From contig NZ_CP080507.1 of assembly GCF_019464535.1 (NCBI RefSeq), positions 930,001-962,000 of the forward strand: a stretch of DNA of 32,000 bases, written 5' to 3'. The stretch is from Horticoccus luteus (lineage in GTDB: Bacteria; Verrucomicrobiota; Verrucomicrobiia; Opitutales; Opitutaceae). Position 1 is the first letter of the stretch; each line of letters begins with the position of its first letter. Both the position numbers and the translations under genes were made by a program. The notes under the pieces were generated by a model. It made no database searches and was not told the DNA's origin. It saw only the letters and a list, made by a program, of their open reading frames with translations. Positions 1 through 8,991 of this stretch are shown here, piece by piece.

Positions 1-1570
1 GCTTGAGGGCGCGTTGGACGAGCTTTTGCAACGCGAACTCGAAGGAAGTGACGCGTTGGTCGGCGAGGACGAGGGCGTCGAGCGTTTCGAGGAGCGCGGC
101 GACGCGGGGCGCGGGGAGATCGCGCAGGGTGGGTGCGGCGATCTGGATGAGGGGGAGTTTTTGCTCGACCGAAAGCGCGGTGATGTCGGAAGCGAGGGCG
201 TCGATTTCGCGGAGCGTGTCGGGACCGAGGTGCGTGGCGATGAGCTGGCGTTGCTGTGCGGCGGAGGCGGGTGCCGGATCGAGGAGGAGCGCGCACACGA
301 GGGCGGCGGCACCATTGGGCGTGCGAGCGGCGGTGCGCAGGCCGGCCGGGAGTGAGTTGAGGAGGGTTTGGGCGTCGGCCACGAGGGCGGCGTTGAGGGT
401 GCCGATGCTGGCGACGATCGCGGCGGGCGAGAGCGGGCCGGGAATGACGGGAGGCAGGGGCGCGGGGGAACGATGGCCGAGGCCGGCGGAGGCGAAGGAC
501 TCAGTGCGGACATCGACGACTTCGGGCGCGGGGGAGTATTGGCCGTCGAAGGCGGGATCGATCGCGCGGATGCGTTCGGAGAGCGGCGGGTGCGTGGCCC
601 AGAGTCCGCCGAAACTGGAGCGGAAGGCTTGGGCGAAAAAGAAGTGCCCGATCTCGGCGCTCTTGGTGGTGTCGAGTTTGGAACCGAGCGCGAGGCCGCC
701 GATTTTTTTGAGGGCACCGGTGAGGCCGGCTGGGTTGCGGGTGAACTGGACGGAGGAGGCGTCGGCGAGGAATTCGCGTTGGCGGGAGACGGCGGCCTGG
801 ATGAGGCGGCCGAAGAAGTAGCCGATGTAGCCGATGATGAAGAGGGCGATGCCGATCACGAAAATCACGGCGATGCCGCCACCGCTTTTGCTTTCGCGGG
901 AGGAGCGGACGCGGGTGTAGCGGAGGCTGGCGATCACGCCGCGGCCGAGCAGGCCGATGACGAGGATGCCGAAGACGAAGGCGGCGAGGCGGACGTTGAG
1001 CCGCATGTCGCCGTTGAGGATGTGGCTGAATTCGTGGCCGACGACGCCTTGCAGTTCGTCGCGCGTGAGGCGTTGCAACGTGCCGCGGGTGACGGCGACG
1101 ACGGCATCGCTGGTGGTGTGGCCGGCGGCGAAGGCGTTGATGGCGGCTTCGTCGTCGAGCACGTAGGCGGCGGGCACGGGGACGCCGGACGCGATGGCCA
1201 TTTCCTCGACGACGTTGAGAAAGCGGCGTTCGGCGGGGTCGGTGGTGTGCGGATCGACGCGCCGGCCGCCGACGTTTTCCGCCACCGCGGATCCGCCGGC
1301 GGAGAATTGCGACCATTTATACCCGGCGGCGAGCGCGACGACGACGAGGGTGCCAAGGGCGACGCCCACGAGGAGTTGAGGCTGCCACCAATCGGGGAGT
1401 GGAGCGACGTAATCGCCGTAAGGGTCGGATTGGCGGGCGTGCTGCGCGCCGAGAACGAAGAGGCCGACGGCGTATTCCGCGACGACGGTGCCGATGACGG
1501 CGAGGGCGAACAGGACGAGCAGGCGCGAGGTGCGCTTTTTCGCGCGGGCTTGGGCGGCGAAGAAGTCCAT
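1..1570 (-). CDS. M48-family (HtpX-like) zinc metallopeptidase; N-terminus complete, C-terminus cut by the window edge (523 codons visible)
   Basis: Absent from the ORF track because no stop codon lies in the window. I translated the third minus frame by hand from the ATG at complement 1568-1570: MDFFAAQARAKKRTSRLLVLFALAVIG..., with hydrophobic N-terminal segments. HEFSH zinc motif at complement 1022-1036 (context LTRDELQGVVGHEFSHILNGDMRL). Downstream SRQREFLADASSVQFTRNP and ATHPPLSERI are typical of peptidase family M48. An in-frame stop at 1655-1657 bounds the N-terminus. Confidence 0.85.
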   Translation of the reverse strand, partial: MDFFAAQARAKKRTSRLLVLFALAVIGTVVAEYAVGLFVLGAQHARQSDPYGDYVAPLPDWWQPQLLVGVALGTLVVVALAAGYKWSQFSAGGSAVAENVGGRRVDPHTTDPAERRFLNVVEEMAIASGVPVPAAYVLDDEAAINAFAAGHTTSDAVVAVTRGTLQRLTRDELQGVVGHEFSHILNGDMRLNVRLAAFVFGILVIGLLGRGVIASLRYTRVRSSRESKSGGGIAVIFVIGIALFIIGYIGYFFGRLIQAAVSRQREFLADASSVQFTRNPAGLTGALKKIGGLALGSKLDTTKSAEIGHFFFAQAFRSSFGGLWATHPPLSERIRAIDPAFDGQYSPAPEVVDVRTESFASAGLGHRSPAPLPPVIPGPLSPAAIVASIGTLNAALVADAQTLLNSLPAGLRTAARTPNGAAALVCALLLDPAPASAAQQRQLIATHLGPDTLREIDALASDITALSVEQKLPLIQIAAPTLRDLPAPRVAALLETLDALVLADQRVTSFEFALQKLVQRALK

Positions 1571-1601
1571 CGAGCAGGGCAACGAGAGGCGGGTGGGCCG
1601 G

Positions 1602-1802
1602 TCAACGCGCGCCGGAGCGCGGTGGACTTGGGTGCGGTTCGCAGGCGACGAGAATCAAGGTGGCGATCAGTGCGCGCAGGATACTCGCGAAAAACCCGTT
1701 GAGGCCACGGCGGTGCTTGCTTGGCGGCCGGCCAGCGAAGATCGAAGCGAGGGTGGCCCAGCCGACGAAGAATTGCGGTTGCTGCGCGACGGGTGCGGAC
1801 AC
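1602..1802 (-). CDS. hypothetical small membrane protein (66 aa, GTG start), sits between lemA and the M48 peptidase gene
   Basis: ORF-track entry. Two hydrophobic stretches (FFVGWATLASIFAG, FFASILRALIATLILVAC). About three quarters of third codon positions are G/C by my hand count, similar to neighbouring genes. It fills the gap tightly: 13 nt after the lemA stop and 31 nt before the M48 start. No clear SD, non-ATG start, no recognisable homology. Confidence 0.3.
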   Translation of the reverse strand: MSAPVAQQPQFFVGWATLASIFAGRPPSKHRRGLNGFFASILRALIATLILVACEPHPSPPRSGAR

Positions 1803-1815
1803 GGCAGGGAGCGGC

Positions 1816-2415
1816 TCAGGTAAATTGCACCTTCGGGGCGACGCGTTCGGCGGGGTCTTCGACTTTGAAAAGTTCGGCGGGTTGGAAGCCCATCATGCCG
1901 GAGAACGCGACGGCGGGAAACGTTTCGCGGGCGGTATTGTAGGACATGACGCTGTCGTTGTAGGCCTGCCGAGCGAACGCGATTTTGTTCTCGGTGGACG
2001 TCAGCTCTTCGGTGAGCTGCATCATATTCTGGTTGGCCTTGAGGTCGGGATATTGCTCGGAAACGACCATGAGGCGGGAGAGGGCGCCCGTGAGGCCGGT
2101 CTCAGCGGAGGCGAGATTTTTCACGGCGCCGCCGTCGGCGGGATTGGCGGCGGCGGATTGCGAAGCGGTGTAGGCGATGTTGCGCGCCTTGATGACGGCT
2201 TCGAGCGTCTCATGTTCGTGCTTGAGGTAGCCCTTGGCGGTTTCGACGAGATTGGGGATCAGGTCATAGCGACGTTTGAGCTGCACGTCGATTTGCGCGA
2301 ACGCGTTTTTGAAGCGGTTGCGGAGGGTGACGAGGGAGTTGTAAATGCCCGCGATCCAGAGGACGACCACGAGGAGGATGGCAACGATTACGCCGAGGAC
2401 GATGAGTGCGCTCAT
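1816..2415 (-). CDS. lemA: LemA family protein
   Basis: 199 aa with an N-terminal TM helix (ALIVLGVIVAILLVVVLWIAG). The following YNSLVTLRNRFKNAFAQIDVQLKRRYDLIPNLVETAKGYLKHEHETLEAV and EQYPDLKANQNMMQLTEELTSTENKIAFARQAYNDSVMSYN match the LemA family signature. Confidence 0.92.
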   Translation of the reverse strand: MSALIVLGVIVAILLVVVLWIAGIYNSLVTLRNRFKNAFAQIDVQLKRRYDLIPNLVETAKGYLKHEHETLEAVIKARNIAYTASQSAAANPADGGAVKNLASAETGLTGALSRLMVVSEQYPDLKANQNMMQLTEELTSTENKIAFARQAYNDSVMSYNTARETFPAVAFSGMMGFQPAELFKVEDPAERVAPKVQFT

Positions 2416-2632
2416 AGGATTGGGAGTTTCAATAAGTGTGCGGGAGGAACGAACGGGAGCGAGTCGGAAAGGAAAAGGGTGGCGAGGCGCGAGGGGGGCG
2501 CAAGAAGGAGAGAACGCGTGCCACCGCGAGGCGCGGCGAATGTGGTGAGGCTATCGCGGTGAAGACAGAAGCGGCATGGGTCGGCGCTTGCCGAGTGGAA
2601 CGCGGCGGCCCAAGGTGCGGGTTCTGCCTGCT

Positions 2633-5215
2633 ATGCGTCGTTTCGCCACGCTTTGTTTCCTCGGCCTCGTGAGTGTCACGTGGGCCCAAACGCCCTTAAA
2701 CCGGCCCGTGCCCCTGCTGACGGTGGCGGGGGAGGTCTCGGCGGGGACGGAAGCGGAGCGGTTCGAGGCGGCCGAGCGGGCGCTGGAAATGGGTTTCCCG
2801 TCGATCGCGGAGGGGTTGTTCGAGGAGCTGTCGGTTGACGCGCGGGTAGATCGGCAACGCGCGCGACTGGGATTGGCCTCGGCATTGCTGGAGGAGGACC
2901 GGCCGGCAGAGGCGGAGAAGGTGTTGGAAGGCCAGCAGGAGGGCCGGGGCGCGGCGTGGCACTTGCGCATGGGACTGGCGGCCGCGCAGCAGCGGCACTT
3001 TGACGCAGCGCGCCACGCGCTCGGCGAGGTGAAGGCGGAGGAGCTGACGACGGACGACCGCGCGTGGTATAGTTTCCTGCGCGGCGTGGTCGCCGATGCG
3101 GCGGGAGATTTAGGGAAGGCGCGCGAGGATTTCGAACAAGCGGAGAAGATGGCGGGTTCGGACCCGGCGAAGGCGCAATTTGTGCTGGCGCGAGAGCAGG
3201 CGCGGTTGCGGGCGAACGTGGTGAACGACAACGTGCTCGAAGAAACGCGGCGCAACATGGAGCGTTATCAGGGCCGGAAGATCGGCTACGATTACGCGAA
3301 GACTTACGCGGCGATGCTCGAGGCGGCGGGGCGCAAGAACGACGCGATCAATGTGCTGCAGCGGCAATTGCTCGCGACACCGGCGGAGGAGCGGGGCGCG
3401 CAGGATGATTTTCGGTTGCTGCTCGGTTTGGTGGCGGGGGGCGCGGAGGGCGCGGGTCGGACGGCGCTGGCGAGTCTGGTCGCACATGGCAGCGATCCGC
3501 TGAAGCAACGTGTGGCGTTGCGCGTGCTGGCCCGCGATGCCACGACGGCGGCCGCGCGGGCGCAGTTGCAGGCCCTGCTGGACCGGTTGATCGCGACACC
3601 GACGGCGCCCGCGATCATCGAAGACCTGTTGGTTTTTCGGGCGCAGCTCGCGTTGACCGAGAAAGATTACGCGCGGGCGGAGGAAGATGCGCGGACGTTG
3701 CTCCAGCGGTTTCCGGGCTCGCCGCTGAAGGTGCGGGCGCTGGGCGTGTTGACGAGTGCGGCATGGGAACAGCGGCGTTATCGCACGGCGGCGGATCTGG
3801 CGGGGAAGGCGGCGGCGGAGCTGCCGGCGGGAGCGTTGCGGGCGCAGTTCAACGTCTTGGTGGCGGAGGCGTGGTTTCGCGCGAAGGATTTTCGAACGGC
3901 GGCGGATGCGTATGCGGCGGCGTTGCGTGAGACGCCGGAAGGGGAGGCGGCGGGCGATCTGATGTTTCAACGGTTGCTGGCGGAGATCGAGGGCGGGCGG
4001 CTGGAAACGGCGGAGAAACTGCTGGACGAGATGGCGCGGCAGCCGGCGTTTACGCCGGAAGAGCGCTGGCAGGCGGAATGGAATCTGGCGCGGGCGTTGC
4101 AGTTGCACGGAGAGACGGCCGCAGCGTATGCGCGGGTGAATCGCCTGCTGGCGGCGAAGGCGCCGACGGGGGTGTTGTCGGAGGAGTTGCGCGCGCAGAT
4201 GGCGTGGTTGCAGGCGAAGTTGTCGCTCGAGGCGGGCGAGCCCGGGCGGACGCTGGAACTGGTCGATGCGTTGATCGCGAGCGGAGGGACGCTGACGCCG
4301 GCGCTGCAGGTGGAGATCGGCAGCACGGCGGTGTTGTTGAAGGCGGAGGCGCTGTTCGCTTTGCAGCGGGAACCGGCGGCGCTGGAGCAGTTGCAGAAGG
4401 TGCGGAGTGATTTTCCGAAGAGCGATGCGGCCGTGTATTCTTACATCGTGGAGGCGGATCACTATGCGAAGCTCGACAACACCGTGGAGGCGCAGCAGTT
4501 GCTGACGAAGCTGGCGGATGATTTCCCCGGCAACAAAACGTATGCTCCGCTGGCGCTTTACCAGGCGGCGTTGCAGGCGGAGCGGCGGGGCCAGGACGCG
4601 AATTACATCGAGGCGAACAAGCTGATTGAGCAGTTGGTCACGCGTTACCCGCGGAGCGATTTGGTGTTTTATGCGCGTTTGAAGCAGGGGGATCTGTTGC
4701 GAAAGTTGAATCAGTTTCCCCAGGCGCAGCAGGTTTATGAGTCGCTGGTGAACAATTTCTCGCAGCATGCGGATGTGTTGATCGCGCAGCTGGCGCTGGC
4801 GGAGTGTCACAATGCGCAGGCGGCGAATGATCCGGGGCACGCGGAGGCGGCGGCGACATTGTTCGAACATCTTCGAGACCGCGGCGATGCGCCGCTGGAT
4901 CTGCGCGTGGAGGCGGGCTTCAACCTGGGTTACACGCTCCTGCGGCGGGGCCAGGTGGCACGTGCGCAGCAGGTGTGGTGGCAGGACGTGGTGCAGGCGT
5001 TTCTGCTCAATGCGAATCAAGCGGCGGAGCTGGGCGCGAAGGGGCGTTACTGGATGGCGCGCACGTTGCTCGAGCTCGGCGGGTCTTTTGAGCAACAGGC
5101 GAAGTTGGAAGAGGCGCGCAATGCCTGGTCGTTGATCTTGCAGTCGAAATTACCGGGGGAAGCGCTCGCACGGGCGCGGCTGGCGAAATTCAATCCGCCG
5201 GAGGACAAACCGTGA
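2633..5215 (+). CDS. secreted tetratricopeptide (TPR)-repeat protein, 860 aa
   Basis: Long ORF (track 2576-5215). The internal ATG at 2633 gives a classical Sec signal, MRRFATLCFLGLVSVTWA/Q, so I prefer it over the ATG at 2576. The body is Ala/Leu/Glu/Arg-rich with recurring W/Y..A.....G....A...F/Y helical-repeat patterns (e.g. RAWYSFLRGVVADAAGDLGKAREDFEQA, AEAWFRAKDFRTAADAYAAAL, ALYQAALQAERRGQ). Confidence 0.8.
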   Translation: MRRFATLCFLGLVSVTWAQTPLNRPVPLLTVAGEVSAGTEAERFEAAERALEMGFPSIAEGLFEELSVDARVDRQRARLGLASALLEEDRPAEAEKVLEGQQEGRGAAWHLRMGLAAAQQRHFDAARHALGEVKAEELTTDDRAWYSFLRGVVADAAGDLGKAREDFEQAEKMAGSDPAKAQFVLAREQARLRANVVNDNVLEETRRNMERYQGRKIGYDYAKTYAAMLEAAGRKNDAINVLQRQLLATPAEERGAQDDFRLLLGLVAGGAEGAGRTALASLVAHGSDPLKQRVALRVLARDATTAAARAQLQALLDRLIATPTAPAIIEDLLVFRAQLALTEKDYARAEEDARTLLQRFPGSPLKVRALGVLTSAAWEQRRYRTAADLAGKAAAELPAGALRAQFNVLVAEAWFRAKDFRTAADAYAAALRETPEGEAAGDLMFQRLLAEIEGGRLETAEKLLDEMARQPAFTPEERWQAEWNLARALQLHGETAAAYARVNRLLAAKAPTGVLSEELRAQMAWLQAKLSLEAGEPGRTLELVDALIASGGTLTPALQVEIGSTAVLLKAEALFALQREPAALEQLQKVRSDFPKSDAAVYSYIVEADHYAKLDNTVEAQQLLTKLADDFPGNKTYAPLALYQAALQAERRGQDANYIEANKLIEQLVTRYPRSDLVFYARLKQGDLLRKLNQFPQAQQVYESLVNNFSQHADVLIAQLALAECHNAQAANDPGHAEAAATLFEHLRDRGDAPLDLRVEAGFNLGYTLLRRGQVARAQQVWWQDVVQAFLLNANQAAELGAKGRYWMARTLLELGGSFEQQAKLEEARNAWSLILQSKLPGEALARARLAKFNPPEDKP

Positions 5216-5329
5216 GACGTTTTCCCAGTCGATTTCCCCCGGCGGTGCGGCACAACGTGAGGGCGCAGCGGGTGAATTTGCGTCGGCGCCCGGCGGGGCG
5301 TTAAGGCGCGAACCAGCCAATTTTTTCCC

Positions 5330-5980
5330 ATGTCGATCTTCGATTTCGGTCTGTTTGCCAAAGGCGGCCCCATGATGTGGGTGTTGCTGGTGCTGGGCGT
5401 GCTGTGCTTGATGCTGTTCATCGAGCGGGCGCTGTATTTGCATCGCGGGCAAATCCGTTCGAATGCGTTTCTGAGCGGGATCGAAAACATCCTGGCGAAA
5501 CGGCGGATTGTGGAAGCGTTGACGGTGTGTGAGGAGACGCCAGGCCCGGTGGCAGCGGTGGTGAAGGCGGCCTTGCTGAACGCGGATGCGGACGCGGAAA
5601 AGATGCGTTTTGCGGTGCAGGAGGCGGCGGTGGTGGAATTGCCGGCGCTCGAACGGCGGCTGGGGACGATCGCGGCGATCGCCCAAGTGGCGCCGCTGGT
5701 AGGCCTGCTCGGCACGATCTTGGGCATGATCACGACGTTTGTCGCGTTTCAGAAAGATTACATGGCCGCGAGCGCGTTGGCGCATGGTATGTGGCAGGCG
5801 CTCCTGAGCACCGCCGGGAGTCTGATGCTGGCGATCCCAGCGCATCTGGCGCATCACTTTTTGACCGGACGGGTGAGGGCGATCATCCGGGATGTCGAAT
5901 GGGCGGGCAATGCGATGATGAAATATCTGCTCACCGACTACCGCACGGGCAAAGCGCCGGGAGCGGCGACGCAGCCATGA
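5330..5980 (+). CDS. MotA/TolQ/ExbB-family proton-channel protein
   Basis: 216 aa. N-terminal TM (GGPMMWVLLVLGVLCLMLFIERALYL) and a C-terminal TM pair carrying the family motif IAQVAPLVGLLGTILGMI...ALLSTAGSLMLAIPA. Confidence 0.88.
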   Translation: MSIFDFGLFAKGGPMMWVLLVLGVLCLMLFIERALYLHRGQIRSNAFLSGIENILAKRRIVEALTVCEETPGPVAAVVKAALLNADADAEKMRFAVQEAAVVELPALERRLGTIAAIAQVAPLVGLLGTILGMITTFVAFQKDYMAASALAHGMWQALLSTAGSLMLAIPAHLAHHFLTGRVRAIIRDVEWAGNAMMKYLLTDYRTGKAPGAATQP

Positions 5981-6429
5981 TTACCCGGCCCTTGGATCTC
6001 GCCTCGCGCTTGCGGCGGCCGCCGCGGAGCTTCGACGTGTTGTTCTATGTCAACGTGGGTCTGATCGTGGTGTTTTTCATCCTGTTCGGATCGCGTTTCG
6101 TGCTCGCACCTGGTTTGGGACTCGAATTCCGGATGCCGACGATGGAGGGCGCGCGGGCAGGGGCGGCCGCCACGACCCACGTGATCAGTGTCCCGCGGTC
6201 CGGCCTGTATTTTGCGGATGGCGCCATGAACGCGGCGCAGTTGCGGCAGTGGCTGGAGGCGCAGGCGAAGACAGTGAAACAGCCGGTGTTGCTGATCCGG
6301 GCCGCGGCGACCGTGCCCCTGTCCGACTTGACGGAAGTATCGGCCCTGGCGCACGAAGCGGGGTTTGTGAAGGTGATCGTCGGGGCGCAGGAGGCCGGTG
6401 GACCGGAAAACGGCGGCCAACGAAAATGA
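5977..6429 (+). CDS. ExbD/TolR-family biopolymer transport protein
   Basis: The ATG at 5977 overlaps the upstream TGA (ATGA at 5977-5980). 150 aa with a single N-terminal TM containing an Asp (SFDVLFYVNVGLIVVFFILF), then a periplasmic domain with ...QPVLLIRAAATVPLSDLTEVSALAHEAGFVKV, typical of ExbD/TolR. The track start at 5791 lies inside the previous gene and is rejected. Confidence 0.8.
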   Translation: MITRPLDLASRLRRPPRSFDVLFYVNVGLIVVFFILFGSRFVLAPGLGLEFRMPTMEGARAGAAATTHVISVPRSGLYFADGAMNAAQLRQWLEAQAKTVKQPVLLIRAAATVPLSDLTEVSALAHEAGFVKVIVGAQEAGGPENGGQRK

Positions 6430-7172
6430 CGGAGCGGAGTGAGCAAAAACGTTGGTGGGCGACGGGCCTCGCAGCGGGAATATTAACCCTTGTGATTTTG
6501 GCGCTGTTTCGGTCGCCCACGTCGCCCAGGGTGGAACGCGGACAGGCTGGGCCATCGCAGACGAAGTCCGAGAAGACGGGAATAGACCTCACGCGTTTGC
6601 AGCCGGGAGAGAGTGGGGCGCTGGAACAGCAGGCAGTTTTGGGTGACCCCACGCCACTTTTCCTGCCCACGGACTGGAATTATGGCCAGGGGGTGCTGCC
6701 GCAATCCGTGGTAAGGGAGCCAGGGCAGCAATTCAGGACGTTTGCGCCGAAGTTTGCCTACGGAGAGGCCGATCTCACTCTTAGGCTGCCGTTGAGCGTG
6801 GAGATACCGGCATCAGGAGTGGTGGCACTGACGACGGTTATGAAGAACAGCTTGAGCGGCTTTGGGCGCTCCGACGGAGCAGCGCCGGACTTAGCAGCAC
6901 GCGCGGCTTATGTGGAAGTGTGTCGGATGGAAGATGGCGCACGGGTATGGGAAGCGGCGGTGGCGGATGCGGAGCCGCCTGGCGCACGATTTTGGCAACC
7001 GGCGGAATTTATGGTGGCGGTGGACGCGGCCGGGCTGATCGGACCGCCGGTGCAAACCGTTAGAACGGGGGTGGATGACGTGGATCGCTACCTGAAGCGT
7101 TACCTCAGCGCAGGCGTCCATATCGGAGCGCGTTTGACCCCAGGACTCTATCGGGTAGCCATCGGGCCGTAG
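6426..7172 (+). CDS. hypothetical membrane-anchored protein in the TonB/TolA position of the ExbB-ExbD cluster (248 aa)
   Basis: The ATG at 6426 overlaps the ExbD-like stop (ATGA at 6426-6429). N-terminal anchor WWATGLAAGILTLVILALF. No SxxxH motif in the TM and no (EP)n/(KP)n spacer. The C-terminal segment FMVAVDAAGLIGPPVQTVRTGVDDVDRYLKRYL...LTPGLYRVAIGP only loosely resembles a TonB-C-like fold. Confidence 0.6.
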   Translation: MTERSEQKRWWATGLAAGILTLVILALFRSPTSPRVERGQAGPSQTKSEKTGIDLTRLQPGESGALEQQAVLGDPTPLFLPTDWNYGQGVLPQSVVREPGQQFRTFAPKFAYGEADLTLRLPLSVEIPASGVVALTTVMKNSLSGFGRSDGAAPDLAARAAYVEVCRMEDGARVWEAAVADAEPPGARFWQPAEFMVAVDAAGLIGPPVQTVRTGVDDVDRYLKRYLSAGVHIGARLTPGLYRVAIGP

Positions 7173-7267
7173 AATTTTGAAGAAGTGATCAAGTTTGCTG
7201 TTGACGGTGAAAAGGCGCGTCCGCACGTTCTGCCCTCTTTTCGTTTTTTGACCCTCTCCCTTGGTCT

Positions 7268-7343
7268 GCCCAGATAGCTCAGTTGGCAGAGCACGTCCTT
7301 GGTAAGGACGAGGTCACGAGTTCAAATCTCGTTCTGGGCTCCA
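7268..7343 (+). tRNA. tRNA-Thr (anticodon GGU), CCA encoded
   Basis: Folded by hand into a 76-nt cloverleaf. Acceptor GCCCAGA/TCTGGGC, D stem GCTC/GAGC, anticodon stem CGTCC/GGACG with loop TTGGTAA, variable loop AGGTC, T stem ACGAG/CTCGT with loop TTCAAAT, discriminator T, then CCA. Confidence 0.95.
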
Positions 7344-7348
7344 GGGTC

Positions 7349-7372
7349 AGCGCCGCAAACTCTTGCGGCGTT
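7349..7372 (+). other. stem-loop just 3' of tRNA-Thr (possible processing or weak termination element)
   Basis: CGCCGCAA / TTGCGGCG 8-bp perfect stem (7351-7358 with 7363-7370), loop ACTC. Only TT follows, so it is not a canonical intrinsic terminator. Confidence 0.35.
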
Positions 7373-7418
7373 CCAGCAGAGGTCAATTTCTCACACTTAA
7401 CCACAAACTCAAATCCAC

Positions 7419-8609
<1,191 letters not shown>

Positions 8610-8638
8610 GATCCGTCCGCCGTTTCGTTTAACGACCC

Positions 8639-8666
8639 GCCGAGGATACGCCTTCGTGTCCTCGGC
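8639..8666 (+). other. 12-bp stem-loop between tuf and tRNA-Trp
   Basis: GCCGAGGATACG (8639-8650), loop CCTT, CGTGTCCTCGGC (8655-8666), with one G:T wobble. No T-tract follows (GCCGTCGTCT), so it is more likely an mRNA 3'-end stabiliser or processing structure than a terminator. Confidence 0.4.
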
Positions 8667-8691
8667 GCCGTCGTCTAAGAAAGCAATCCAC

Positions 8692-8767
8692 AGGGGTGTA
8701 GCTCAATTGGTAGAGTAGCGGTCTCCAAAACCGTTGGTTGGGGGTTCGATTCCCTCCGCCCCTGCCA
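8692..8767 (+). tRNA. tRNA-Trp (anticodon CCA), CCA encoded
   Basis: Folded by hand into a 76-nt cloverleaf. Acceptor AGGGGTG/CGCCCCT, D stem GCTC/GAGT, anticodon stem GCGGT/ACCGT with loop CTCCAAA, variable loop TGGTT, T stem GGGGG/CCCTC with loop TTCGATT, discriminator G, then CCA. Confidence 0.95.
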
Positions 8768-8778
8768 GCTCAGAATCC

Positions 8779-8982
8779 ATGAAAAACCCGTTCCGCAGCA
8801 CACGCATCTTCGTCGGTGAAATGATCGGCGAGCTTCAAAAAGCTTCGTGGCCGACGCGCACTGAGCTGCGCGATTCCACGATCATCGTCATTGTCGCGGT
8901 GCTCATTCTCGGGCTTTTCACCAGCATCACCGATTTCTCCCTGTATTCAGTCGTGGACCTGTTCACGTCCTGGGTCAGCTAA
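8779..8982 (+). CDS. secE: preprotein translocase subunit SecE (short single-TM form, 67 aa)
   Basis: MKNPFRSTRIFVGEMIGELQKASWPTRTELRDSTIIVIVAVLILGLF... shows the conserved SecE KV/ASWP motif plus a TM. Position between tRNA-Trp and nusG is canonical. The track start at 8734 would lie inside the tRNA and is rejected. Confidence 0.9.
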   Translation: MKNPFRSTRIFVGEMIGELQKASWPTRTELRDSTIIVIVAVLILGLFTSITDFSLYSVVDLFTSWVS

Positions 8983-8991
8983 CTTTTACCC

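Noticed and set aside
3-1702. ORF-track entries 3-821(+), 14-355(+), 368-1702(+), 501-1316(-) and 934-1605(-)
   Set aside because: All overlap the hand-identified M48 peptidase frame, which carries HEFSH and other family motifs. Their translations are Gly/Asp/Ala or Arg/Pro low-complexity strings typical of wrong frames in GC-rich DNA.
1660-2562. 300-aa + strand ORF opposite lemA
   Set aside because: It is antisense to an unmistakable LemA protein, and its translation has no recognisable features.
3110-5095. 661-aa minus-strand ORF inside the TPR gene
   Set aside because: It is codon-aligned antisense to the 2576/2633 frame (3110-2576 = 534). It is extremely Arg/Leu/Gln-rich (RRRLRRQ... runs) and lacks structure-like periodicity. 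The + frame has a signal peptide and TPR-like repeats.
7201-7250. Possible -35-like TTGACG/TTGACC hexamers and a weak A/U stem upstream of tRNA-Thr
   Set aside because: No acceptable -10 at the proper spacing. The stem is 6-7 mostly A:T pairs with a 20-nt loop. I cannot support a promoter or terminator call.
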